A DNA stretch of 59,949 nt, filler included, from Dimargaris cristalligena (taxonomy: Eukaryota), in NCBI GenBank assembly GCA_003614675.1. It is 7 parts of 7 records of this genome, joined end to end, with 100 filler letters (N's around TTAATTAATTAA, not from the genome) between each part and the next. Parts side by side here need not be neighbours in the genome. Positions count along the whole stretch, not along the records: positions 8,638 to 17,155 come from ML003323.1; positions 17,256 to 25,743 come from ML003324.1; 5 more parts are not named here. One strand, written 5' to 3'. A model generated the notes under the pieces. That model was not told where the DNA came from. It ran no database searches and worked only from the letters and a program-made list of their open reading frames with translations. A program made the translations under genes and the position numbers. Of the stretch, positions 11,601-23,618 are shown piece by piece; the stretch's first letter is position 1, and each line of letters starts with the position of its first letter.

Positions 11601-12879
11601 CTTCGCAAAGGATGGTCTTAATAGTGCTGGTGAAGTGACCGTCGTAGGCGTGGTTGATGACCCGGTATTTCTCCGAACTATCCTTGGACAAGTCCTTGAG
11701 CCAGAGAAGAAGAGTGGCCGACAGCTGCTCTCGGAAAGTATCACGGGCGGAACGGATGGACACCTGCAGTTTGATGGAGGCCATGTAATTAGCGACCCGG
11801 ATTTGGTGGCTAAGGTCGGGCGAGGTAAGAATCACCGCCCGGCCGCAGGCGTGGGTCCGATCGGTAATGACCCGGGCCTTGGCGGGGGTCACACCGATAC
11901 CGTCCACCAGCTGGTCAATGACCTCTTGATACGAGTGGGCGTCATCATTCCATAGGACAATGGAGTAGGCGGCTGGGCAGCTGGCCTCCTGGAAGGGGAT
12001 GTTGGCGTGTTCCATGTCCCGCTGCACCGAGGCCTCGTCCAAGCCGGCCTTAAACGGGTCCTTGGAGGTGCAGAACGTACCTAGCATAAAATCAAGGATG
12101 GTCCGGATGGTGGTGACCATGGCCGGGATGCAATGCGGGGGAAATTCCTTACTTTGCGTGAGGGGGGCATCGCTGGGCACTGCGTGGTATTTGCAGTTGA
12201 CGGGCACCCGCCAGGCTTCGGAATCGCCGCAGTCGCAACAGCCACCAGTGCCCGAATTGACGGAAAAAGAGGTGTCGTGGCCTGTATGGTCGGATGCCCG
12301 GAAACAGCGGGAACAGAGCACACAGGTATCATCTAGCGAGCAGTTCCGGCAGCGGTAGACACCCTCCCCGGTGAAGAACACGTGGCCGCAGGGCTTACCC
12401 CGACGGGACTCGGAATATTCGATACCGAGAGCGCCCTCGTCCTCCCCGCTATCGCTGTCGCTGCTCGAATACTCGGCCTTGTCGGTATCCCGGAAAATAG
12501 GCGGGATTGTCGGTCGAACCGGTCTCGGGGAGGGCGGTATTTCGACCAGGGTCAGCAAACTGGGGTCCCCCGCAAATAGGTATTGGTTGCAGGCCCGGAT
12601 TATATCCGACTCGACCCGCTTATCGAACAGATATTGGTACTGGCGGTCCACCTGCAGTAAATATTCCAGTAGGTCCAGTTTGGGACCCGTGTGAACGGGG
12701 GCAGGGACCTTGTCTTCATTGCCACCTGTGGAGCTGGACGACGAGGGGGTTACATTGGGTTTGGCTCGACCCTGGCCGGGATCTTTCCGAGTCCGGCGGT
12801 GGGTAGGTCGAGCCCCCGAGCTGGAACTACCCGGTTGGGAGGAAAAGGGATTTGACGAGTGGGGACCGGGTGGATTCAT
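8638..12879 (-). CDS. UBR1: E3 ubiquitin ligase UBR1 (N-recognin), N-terminal half, truncated at contig edge
   Basis: UBR-box zinc finger CGHVF...YRCRNCSLDDTCVLCSRCF...HTGH...GCCDCGDSEAW; ClpS-like IVLWNDDAHSYQEVI; VSFHHPLHWFL; LWVRNG; ends in basic region KRRTAREMKRKMMQSFVKAQKQF; 1414 uninterrupted codons. Confidence 0.95.
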
Positions 12880-15289
12880 AGGGACAGCCTAGCAGGAGGG
12901 AGGGTTTTTTACGAATTCCCCAAACAGCCTTAGTGAATCGTGGGAGGAGGGTACTACCTCGCTAGTAGACCTAATTTAACGGAGAAGAATGGCCTTTAGT
13001 GAACGGAATTAGAAGGAAGTTGGCCGATTGGTGGTTCAACGCATGAACCGCCTATAAATGAAGGGTAAAAACGAAGTGCGGGGTTCGGGAGTAGGTAGGT
13101 GCACAAATGGAGTCGAGGAGCGTGGCCCCGAGTCAGCGAATGGGTTTAAAAAAGGCTTGTAGAAATATCAAAGACAATAGGGCTAATACAAGGGTCTGCA
13201 GGCTGACCCTACTATTTTTGTTTAAACAAAGCTAACTCGACCGGTGCATTCAGTAGGGGGATCTCTTATGCCAAGTACCCGTAATACCACGTAGGTGCTG
13301 GTGAAAACTCAAGAAGACTTCAGAGCGTGACGGACTAAAGAAAAAAAATAAGGCACAGTAGGCAAGTAGTGGTGGGAGTGAGAGTGAAGGGGTCATTCAC
13401 TACGCTGTGCCGGGCGGGGTTCTGGTCAAAGAGGATGGTCGACTGGTATATTAAGGGGGCCGATACCAAATAGTGATTTACAAACCAACGCGGAAGCCGG
13501 AGGCCCGTATGCTTTTATAGCGCAGGCCGGAATAACAATGACAAATGGGATATTCATACGCCAAATGGAAGGGTAGACACAGTAGGAGTGATAAATGACC
13601 ACGAAGGAGGGACTCGCGCAGCTCACCGCCGCGCCAGGGATCCATGGATGGCTTTATAGTTTAATGGAATAGTAAGGAAGCCCTCGTGCCTGTTACATTA
13701 TCGAGACACGGCATCCCTTCTTCCCCATCCCCACCCTCTCGGCATCTTCCAGCTACATGGGCTTGCCATTGAAAGCGTATCAACCGAGGCATTCCCCGTC
13801 ACACGGCTTATTTAATCTGTATCATCCACCCAAACATACATATTGGGAGAGGGAGACGTTGCCCCCATGACCCCCGCCTATATCCACCCCCCCGCCATTC
13901 CGTTTCCTTCTGTCATTCACATTTCGGATTTTCCGCTTGTCCATTTGTAGCCGACCGGAAGAACCTCCCTCCCTCTCCGCCATTTAAGTAGGGATGGCCC
14001 TATTGTACACACTCCAGCCTACAATTAAGTAGGCAGCGAGTGTGGTGATACAGTGCGTCCTAAAATCTAATACCTCACCTACAGCCACCCCGAATTGGCA
14101 CGCACCACTTTGGTGTCTTATTATTGTAGTGTCTTTTTGCCATCGTGACAAAGAGCGATGACTGCCAATATGGCCGCCGAACTTTCCCGGGTTCATTAGT
14201 TCTGGCACGTCAAGATTGTCGCTTCGATTCTGCTGGCATACCAATCGACCCTCCGCGTCACCTCATGCGACATAGGTCGCGCCAATCCAAGTCTAATTAC
14301 ACGAGCAACATTTAAACTACCTATGGTAATGTGGTAGCTAGGTTGCTAATGAACTGGTTTAGCAAAGTGATCGTCCCCCGTAAGTGGGTTGAGTGGGTAT
14401 TTGGAAGGATAGTAAACATACCATTTAGAGACACACATTCCTATCATTCTTCATGGTGGAGGAAATACAAAGTGGGGTTAGAGTCCTGGCATCTCGACCA
14501 AAATACTGTTAAACAAACACATCTTATCGCTATATCCGGATGATAGACAATGTAAGAGTAGGGCTAAGACCAAGACAGTTATATTCAAATACTCACGTCA
14601 CTGGAGATTTTACTAGGAACCCTGAACAGTGAAGACAATAGCCCACGGCCATTCCATATTGTAACAATCAACTTAGACCTCATCAATTCGCTTGAAAAAA
14701 CTAGATTCAATACATACTCTCGTATCAATGGCTTAGCGCCGACTATATAGCGTTGTCAATTTTATAGCCCTATTGACAAGATGACCAAATGAACGGGTAT
14801 CTGGTTCACCTTGAAAAAGTAAAAAGAAATAGAGTAATATGGTATAATTTTGCCACAATAGCGCAGCCACATTCGGGAGGAAAAGTATTTATTAACCCAT
14901 TTTAGACATTTGGTATACTGCAGTAAAGAGGATTGCAAAATTGGGGTCCCAACAATAACAAAAGTAACGAAGCGACACGCTATAAGTATTTGTAGGCATA
15001 TATGAGAGGGTCAAATGGGCTGTATTTCAAAATATTCCTTAGATGAGGCAGGTATTACTTGTTAATAAATCATCCGCCTGCTATCCCATACACATCAATA
15101 AAAACCTTATACAGCCGGCCCAATCTTCACCTACATTCCAAGTTAGATGCCTATATAGAGGCAATCTATACATTGGTCAAGGGTGCACTGGATTTAATAG
15201 GCTAATGTCACATATAACCATACGCCGTTTTTGCTTAGGCCTCAAAATAGAGGTAGTACGGGTTAGAGGAAGGCTATATAGTGAAAATA

Positions 15290-17108
15290 CTAAACAGTCA
15301 CTTGGTTAGGCTTATTCGCATCAACGACTACTTTGATGGTTTCAGCGAACACGCGGCGGTTGATGCGAGGGTTCCACGTAAAGGTGATCAGATAGGTAGC
15401 GAAGGCAATGGGGAGGCGACTATAAAGACAAAGTGGGAGTTCAAGGGGAACGTGTACCCGTTTGCAAGGGACCAGCTCCAGAGAATACCAGCCAGTATTG
15501 GGCCAATGGCACGGGCCAACGAACCGACAGTCTACGTGAATCCGTTGACGGCTCCCAGGGCCGCCTGATTCGGCACTGAGTTGCTGATAAGGATGTTGGC
15601 GCTGATAAAGCAGAGGGTTGCACCACAGACTTTAGCGAATAGAGCGGCGATGAGCGCAATCCAAGTGATGGTTCGGATGGGTTGGGGCTCCACTTCCGTT
15701 AAATTATGGAAATCCGCACTATGGTCAGTGCGACGGTCGGCCTCCAGAAGGGAGATGAACGGGAGATGAATAGTAAAACGGAGAAAAGGAGGGCACCGTA
15801 GCGGAAACAGGGAAGACTGCCCAAATAGCCCTGGACTTTAGGATACATCACAATTTGAACGTACAAGACCGACACACCGGTAATGGATAAGGTAAGCCCA
15901 ATCGTTTTACTAGTTAGGCCGATTCCGCCAAGGTCTGGGTCGGTGGCGTACCAGACAGGATAGAGTTCATCGACTATGGTGGCTAGTAGGGATAGACCAA
16001 AATAACCAGCGATACACTTCAGCGAATCCCGATTGAAGGCAAGGGTCAGAGATGACCAAGCACTCAAAGTACCCTGGGGGGACAGATTCGAGGGATCATC
16101 TGAGCCAGTCTCTAGTGACTTGGTCAGCAACGGAGTTGAACCATCGTTATCGCAAATATCACGGCCAATACCTGTACCAGCTTCCCGACAAGGTAGGCCA
16201 CTCACGGCGTTGTAGCGGTTCGGCACGGTAGATGATGATGGGCCACGCGACGCACTGCCAAGCAGACATTGACGCCCATTGGATTCGGCAGCCGAGTCCA
16301 GCGACACAGACGATGTGATAAATTTTCCAGTGGTGGGATTGATGGTGCCAGCTTCAGTAATTGATTCGTGTTAATCCACCAGTGCGGTCCCGGATGTCGA
16401 TGCCAGATTCGGGACTTTGGGTATTTCCCGGTTGAGGGTTTCTTCCAGGAAAATGAAGCCCAGTACCCAACTACACATACTCAGGGCAGCACAGAATAGA
16501 CAAGGCAATAAGTTGGGGTATTTGGTGAACAGTACGCTGTCTCCAAAGATACTGGGGTAGTTATCCACGGGATTGGACAGGAGACCGCCTATCATAGGCC
16601 CTACAATACTGCCCAAGTTCCAGCAAAGCGGCAGTAGACTAAACCCCCTAGCCTGGTTCGTCTCGTCCGTGATTTCGGCCATGATGGTCTTGGCGGTACC
16701 GGCGTTGCCATTGAGAGAACCCCACAGGAGGCGCACCATCACCGCCCACAGGAGTGACTTACTCAGGCCGAACAGAAAGGAGCACACAATGGTACCCAGG
16801 ACCCCAAAGAGCATTATAGGTCGACGGCCGAGACGGTCAGAAAGGAAGCCCCACAGCATGCCCGTGATAAGTTGGGCAATGGAGAACACCGAGGCGACGA
16901 TTCCGACATAGAAACCGATTTCCTTCGGGTCTTCGGTAATGTGAAAGTCGCGCACCATGAAGTACACAAAGGGAAAGAGGACGGTGAAGCTGATGGGCTC
17001 GCTGATTCGGAACAGCATCAGGACCGTTATTTGCCGCCAAGGCAGGGGGGTTATGCGGGCGGTTGCGGGGGGTGCGTTGGCGGCCGTGTTGGATGAATAG
17101 GAATAGTA
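15290..17108 (-). pseudogene. MFS transporter (DHA1 / ZIFL-like) with two in-frame stops and two inferred frameshifts; first exon off contig
   Basis: TPLPWRQ, WGFLSDRLGRRP (motif A), AEITDETNQARGFS, GPMIGGLL, GAVNGFT*TVGSLARAIGP. TAA 16371-16373, frameshift ~15765, TAG 15532-15534, frameshift ~15410. Acceptor AG at 17110-17109. Confidence 0.85.
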
Positions 17109-17155
17109 CTAGATATTTTAGGAGACCGAGAAGTCAGTGGTATTTAACAACCATT

Positions 17156-17255
17156 NNNNNNNNNNNNNNNNNNNNNNNNNNNNNNNNNNNNNNNNNNNNT
17201 TAATTAATTAANNNNNNNNNNNNNNNNNNNNNNNNNNNNNNNNNNNNNNNNNNNN
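17156..17255. other. Artificial contig spacer
   Basis: N-run/TTAATTAATTAA/N-run, 100 bp. Confidence 0.98.
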
Positions 17256-18186
17256 GAATTACAGGTCTGCCAAGCCTGCCGTTTCATACAGCGGGTTCCA
17301 TGGACTACACACACTTCCCTGTTACGGGACATATAGAGACAGTTGGGATAGAGAGTAACCGGTTTATTGCATAGGTATAATAATAGAAGGAACCTTTTTA
17401 AATAAGAAAGCGGGTGCGCTTAGGTTTGATAGGAGCCATCGAGACGGGTGGATTTACTCCCGCCAGCTGTTACACTAGTGCTGTTATTGGCCGAGTAGGC
17501 CGTTATAACCCAACTGGCCACCCGATAAGCCAGAAATAAAGCCGAGGCTATCTTTGTCGAGCTACCAGAGTGAGACACGATGGATGTTGTTGAGTCTGTG
17601 GACTCTATGGGCCGACTGTGAGGGAAATTGGGCTTCATGCCAACCTAAGTAGCGGGAGTTATCGAACTGAATCGGTCAGAGTCGACACTAAGCTACTATG
17701 TTGGGGGCAGGCTCAATCCAGTCTTATAAAATCGGGTTGAAGCAATTGCTTTAACGTGTGGAAAGTAATCCGTTTGCATGTTTTTACATAAATATCATGA
17801 TCGAAGTTTTATACAATTAAGGTGAATCTCGCCCACATTTTAAGGGCAGGTTGTAGCTATGTGGTTAATATCTGGAATTTCAACTATGGTTCAAATACCA
17901 ACCAATAGTCACGTGACTAAATTAACATCGTATACATGCAAATTCCATATTCACCGCTAAGTTGGCCATGTGGAGAGGGGAGGAGAACAGAGCGCACTCA
18001 GGGTGGGAGGGAAAACACACGATCATAGAAATAAAGGCCTCCTAATCAAAAGACAGGAAGGATGAGCAAGAGATACAACTAGCCCAGGCTATACAAGAAT
18101 CCAGAGCACCTCGAACTGCCGTGATCCCCCCTTTCCTCTTCTTAGCTGGTTGTCTCCTTCCTTCAGCTTATACATACGTCGTCGCC

Positions 18187-19430
18187 ATGTCTCGCGTAAG
18201 TGGCCGATACTCTCCGCGTCTAGATCTGTCACCGTCACCGCCGTTACCAACATATCCCCCTCTGTCGAACCCGTATAGTCCGTCCGACCCGTCGATATGT
18301 TGGTGAACCGTCCAAATGGATGGATGGATGGATGGATATCATATAATGGCTTACCAACCCATCCATCCATCCGTCTGTATCGCAGGGCTTGTGAAATCGT
18401 GTCGAGCCATGGCAAAAATGACCGATGGTTTCCGCCGACGGGCACCGTGGAAAATGCAGTCGATATTCGCGAGGGACCAGGTGGTGGCGACGGCCGGATA
18501 TACCTACTTTGTACAGCGAGCCACCCTCTGCCCGAATAGCTACTAGTGTAAACCCATGCTTGAAGACTAACTCTCTACTCGCACCGTCTATATCATCTAT
18601 ACATTTTCCCCCCTATTCATCCATCGCTCTCCCCTCGTGCGCTGACCGTTCCATCCTACAGTTCTCCGAGTACTCGATTGTGGGCCGTAAGGTTCCCACT
18701 GAGACCGACCCCAGCCCTCGTCTCTACCGCATGCGCATCTTTGCGCCCAACGATGTGGTCGCCAAGAGCCGTTTCTGGTACTTCCTGAACCGCTTGAAGA
18801 AGGTCAAGAAGACCAAGGGCGAGATCGTGGGCTTCAACAAGATCCTCGAGAAGAACCCTCTGCGCATCAAGAACTTCGGTATCTGGCTGCGTTACGACTC
18901 CCGTTCCGGTACCCACAACATGTACAAGGAATACCGCGAACTGTCCCGCGTCGCTGCCGTCGAGGCTTGCTGTAAGTATTTGAATGCTTTATTCGCACTG
19001 TTCTGACCCATTCCGAATCTGGAATCCTCCAACCCCATGTGGGTTTGCGAGGCATCTGCTATGGACTGAGCTTTAGCTTGTGTACATGCCTCTTGTTATG
19101 AGTTTGGGGAATACGCATAGCTGCGCGATACGGCTTCGACTGAGTTCCCCTATCTCCTGTATTTTATTTAATAATCAATATATATCTACATATATCTTTA
19201 ATTTCTTAAACTCTCTAGACAACGACATGGCTGCTCGTCACCGTGCCCGTTTCTCCTCGATCCAGGTCATCCGTGTGGCTGAGGTCGCCGCCAAGGACGT
19301 CCGTCGCCCTTACATCAAGCAGCTTCTGGTCAAGAACCTCAGCTTCCCTCTGACCCACCGTGTCATTCGCCCCGCCGACAGACGTCACCGCTCCCTGGTG
19401 GTTGCCAACCGCCCTTCGACTTTCTGCTAA
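18187..19430 (+). CDS. RPL20: 60S ribosomal protein eL20 (L20/L18a); exons 18187-18195, 18662-18971, 19219-19430; 176 aa
   Basis: [61 protein letters not shown] donors and YAG acceptors keep the frame; strong codon bias. Confidence 0.97.
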
Positions 19431-21258
19431 TTGCTGTCAAATTACTGGACTACTTCTCACCCATGTCATTTATCCCTTGAAGGCGGTTGTCGTTGACTCA
19501 CGTACCACCACCTACTTCAAACCGCTTGTTTTCTTATGTCCACAATAAAATCGTCTTTGACCAAGGGATTGTTCTTTTACTAATATATATATATTTAATT
19601 TTCTCGTGGACTGAATCTCTGAGAATGTTATCTTGTTGTGGCGGCGGGGGTGGACTTTGCGGAGATAAAGCTCGCTTTGATGTTACAGAGGAGAGGGGAT
19701 ATGCTCAATCGCGTCGGCGAAATGATTAATCTTGTTCGTCCTGGCAATTTAGTACTGTGATAAAAGCGATACCTGTTTAAACATTCGCGCTGTAATTCCA
19801 AATGCATCGAGTATCTGTTATGGGCAATTGTGTTACTAGTGACAGTGCCTTTGCTGGCGCGTGACAGGTGTGGTCGAATTGTTCATAAACAGTTAGTCGA
19901 TTGCCTTGCGAGCCAAAAACTAATTTTACAATAGGTGCCATCGGTGAGGTATTGAAACTCACTAAAGGACGAGCACTGTACTTTTTGACCCACCACACAT
20001 GTACCTGTGGTTCAGGCCTTTTAATTAAATGTATTGTTGGGCAGCACTCGGCTGTATTGGGGATTTAAAACACCGGCGATACATATTCCCAGGGTGCGCT
20101 AATGGGTTGGTCTATGCCGACCAGGCCCCTATATAGGATTACACCTTACAAGACCTTTTGATGCTATTGTGTGGTAGAAAGGTATTGGCTGAATGGGTGC
20201 AGAAGTCTAGCGTGACTAAACTAACGATTATTATATATCTACCTGGGAATAGATGTGTGTTTTCCTCACACCCCCTGAAGCCATTATTACACCTCTCATG
20301 GAGAGAGCTTTATTACTCCTTTTGGAATGGAGCGGCTGAAGACTGGGCCACATTTAGTCACGTGATAATATAGGTGGGCTTCGACATGCCCATCCATTCC
20401 TTTCCACAACTGGTGTATGTGGTGCATATTCTCCATATTGGTTGACTCTGTCTGTGGTACTACCATTTTCAGGGCCACCAAATGGGTTGAAGAGGGGCGT
20501 GATAGGCTGAGCAAAACGGCATACCTTATTTAGAAGCGCGAGTCTGTTTTGATTTTCGAAGGGTGTTTACCATTTATTGGCGGCCCGCTCTGGAAAAGTG
20601 GTCCGGGCAATTAGTTACATTTGATATTCAATGTCCAATATTCGATGCTTAGGGGAAATGGGGGGGGGTCAGGCCATCATGGTCCCTTATTAAAGGACTG
20701 CAGCGGTGGACTGAGTGGATGGGGACGGACATTATCTTCAGTCTAGTACGGGGTTAGTGAGCTCACCCCGCCCACTGCGTGGACACTACTATCGGATAAC
20801 TGTTGGGATGATGGCTTGACCGATCCTTGCTATGGCTATGGCCAGGGTGGGTGTATGCGTGAGCATGGGAAGAGGATATATGCTAGCCCTAGGAATATAT
20901 ATGCGTATCTTCGTGCTTATCTGCTCTATATGGCATTGCTTTATGTTCCCTTGTATACCATTGCTTCATTCCTTTGACTCCTTGGTTGGTTTTTCCTCTA
21001 CCAGCTCGTCTTGTTGAGTGGGACTTCTATAAAACTCGTGTCACCCCGTCCTACCCACCACCGTCAACTACTACACTCCCCGTCTTTCCGATCCACCGCG
21101 TTCCCCAGTTCAGATTGTCCCGTTTTCTATTTTTATTACTTCTTTTGCTACGCGCATTGATCATCCCTCGGTACCATCCCCAAGTTGATCGGTCCCTTTT
21201 TCACTTTCTGCCCAACCGCAGTCGCTTTCATACTGCTATATATTCCGATACCACCACC

Positions 21259-22190
21259 ATGTTGAACGGTAGTCGCAAGCCAGACGCTGACCAACGCGCG
21301 GATGACATCAAGACTTATGCCAGTAGCATTTACTATTCGGAGAGGTACAATGGTACGTTACGGTCCCGTCTCTTTATAGGGGAGAAGCCTGCCAGCCCCG
21401 TCCAACGGGGCCAGCGGGGCGGATGGTCGCTACGCTCATTCTTTCGTGTTCCGCTTTCCCTTTCTCTCCGACACCCTCATATCTATCTACCAGCCAATCA
21501 GGTATTCCTTCCTTATCATCCATGTCGTCTTATTCGACGGCCCATGTATTAATCTTCCTACTATTATATACTATATTCGATTCCATATCAATACGAACCT
21601 ATCCCGTCATGCTCCCGATAACAACGGGCATTAGACGTCGAATATGAATACAGGTAGGTTTCGAGGACCCCATCGAGACATGTTTTCTTTATCTTGGATC
21701 GTATCTTGCTCAGCTAAACAAAACGGACCTCGATGCACCCGTAATGCCTACCTAAACCCTCTTTTCTATAATTTCCCCCATAATGCAATTATATCCCCTT
21801 TCTAGACACGTTACTCTGCCGAAGCAGTTGGTTAAGTATCTCCCAGGAAAACTAATGTCGGAACAGGAATGGCGCGCCCTCGGCGTACAACAGTCACCGG
21901 GCTGGAATCATTACATGATACACGGTAGGTCAAGGCTCACGCTTCTAGCAATCACTAAGTCCCGTCATGGGTCTCCCCAACCTATTTTTCCTTTTCCCCA
22001 TCGGGGCATTTCCGGAAGGGGAGAGAGTTCCTTTTTGCCCGACTAACCACCACTCGCCTCTTTTTCCCACCTCCTTTGTTTCTATTTCACTCCTATTATT
22101 ATAATAACAATAACAACAGCGCCGGAGCCCCATATTCTATTGTTTCGCCGTGAAAAGGACTACGAACTCAAGTACAAGAAGAAGCTCTAG
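21259..22190 (+). CDS. CKS1: CDK regulatory subunit Cks1/Suc1; exons 21259-21352, 21635-21653, 21806-21924, 22120-22190; 100 aa
   Basis: Spliced product [21 protein letters not shown]...[35 protein letters not shown]; all junctions GT-AG and in frame. Confidence 0.95.
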
Positions 22191-23618
22191 AGCAACGGCC
22201 ACGCCCCATCCTTCCTTACTTCTACTTGCCCTTCTCGGCCTCACCACCTCCTATACTGACTGGCATGGCAAGTCATTTTTTTTTGGGGGGGGGCAATCTC
22301 CTTTACCTTCTTACCATCAATTCCTCATATAACCCTCACCATACCTTCTTCTATTCGCCCATACATACTGCAACCATGTCTTTAACCTCCTTCCATACCC
22401 TGCGCTCTCTGCTCACTTCCCATCCTAATCACTCGGTTTTCTATTTTGTTTATGCTTGATTTACGGAACATACTGATATTATGAAACACCGTACTCTCAC
22501 ACCCTTCACTTGTAGCTTTCCCCGTCTTCTCCTTCTCCGGTGAACTCTTTTCTCTCTATCCACCTATTCTCTCTGGTTCTTTACCTTTGATATTTCCGAA
22601 TCAATTCATGTGACATAAAACTCGGACGATTCCCTACCTTTTCTATTTATTGGCATTCCTGTGGAGAACATGTGTCTCCGTCTGGTTCAATTCCTGATAC
22701 CAAAAAAGCGACGTTTATCTGTAGCAGTATTTGCAATATATTGAATATTCAATGAGTTGGTAGTTTATTTTTTATGTCGGATTAGCCCATCAGAGATGTC
22801 CAGTCGCCCAATGCTATGGCAAGTCACAGCCCTGAGGATCGACGAACCATTGGTAATGACTTACCCTGCCCACGTTCCAGATATCCATAGTCCGGCCCAC
22901 GTCATTTGAGGGTTTGGATATCACAGGAACGGGCAAAACAATACATATTTAGTATTTTTTGGCTTTGGCCATGGAATCACTATCAAGCATAGGCGACTTA
23001 AATTGCTTGTCGCTGGCTGGGCAGGGCCTGAGGGGGTTTTATCTGCCACCAACGAACTAGTATACCCTTTGTCTCACACATACAAGGAGGGGACTGGCCC
23101 TGCCTTTATGTTGAGAATAAGCAGTGTTAAAGGAGCATTAGGTGTTTTTTAGTCACTCTATTCTGGCTCGGAATAACTGGGCGGTCTCTAGTAAAAAAGT
23201 AAATGAATGAAGCACCCACCAGTCGACTAAGCCATGGTGTGTGGCGGGTGGGCTATCAGGGTCAGGGTCGCAGCAAGCCACTAGTGCAGGCAGAGAGGGT
23301 GTAATCTATACGTAGTTTATACGCACCGACTTTAAAGTCGAGCCTATCAAAGCGGGACTTCTGTATCTCGCTTGTACTCGGTGAATCGGCTTCCTTAGTT
23401 ATTTTCCCCCCAGCCATATCATTATAATAAACTATCTCTATTCCTCGTGCCAACCCTGTCCCTTCTTATCCCTTGCTCCGACACTTCACTCGGTCTCCGA
23501 CAACTTGGCTTCATTTCGACTCTCCCCTCCCCTCCCCAACTCAGTACCCCCCCTAAGCGATACTCCTCGTTAGCAAAATAAACCCCCCAATTCCCACCCC
23601 CTTCTTGTAACGGACCCC

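Noticed and set aside
8650-12892. Many short ORFs antisense or out of frame to UBR1 (likewise at 26186-31201 and within PP2A-A)
   Set aside because: Shadow ORFs of GC-rich coding DNA with no motifs.
2611-16373. Stop-codon reassignment suggested by in-frame TAA/TAG
   Set aside because: TAA ends RPN7, RPL20, UBR1 and PP2A-A, and TAG ends CKS1 normally; the MFS gene also has frameshifts, so decay explains it.
22651-22702. tRNA-like fold (GGAGA/TCTCC hairpin, GGTTCAATTCC, terminal CCA)
   Set aside because: No D-arm, mismatched acceptor and T stems, no U33; likely chance. tRNAscan-SE would settle it.
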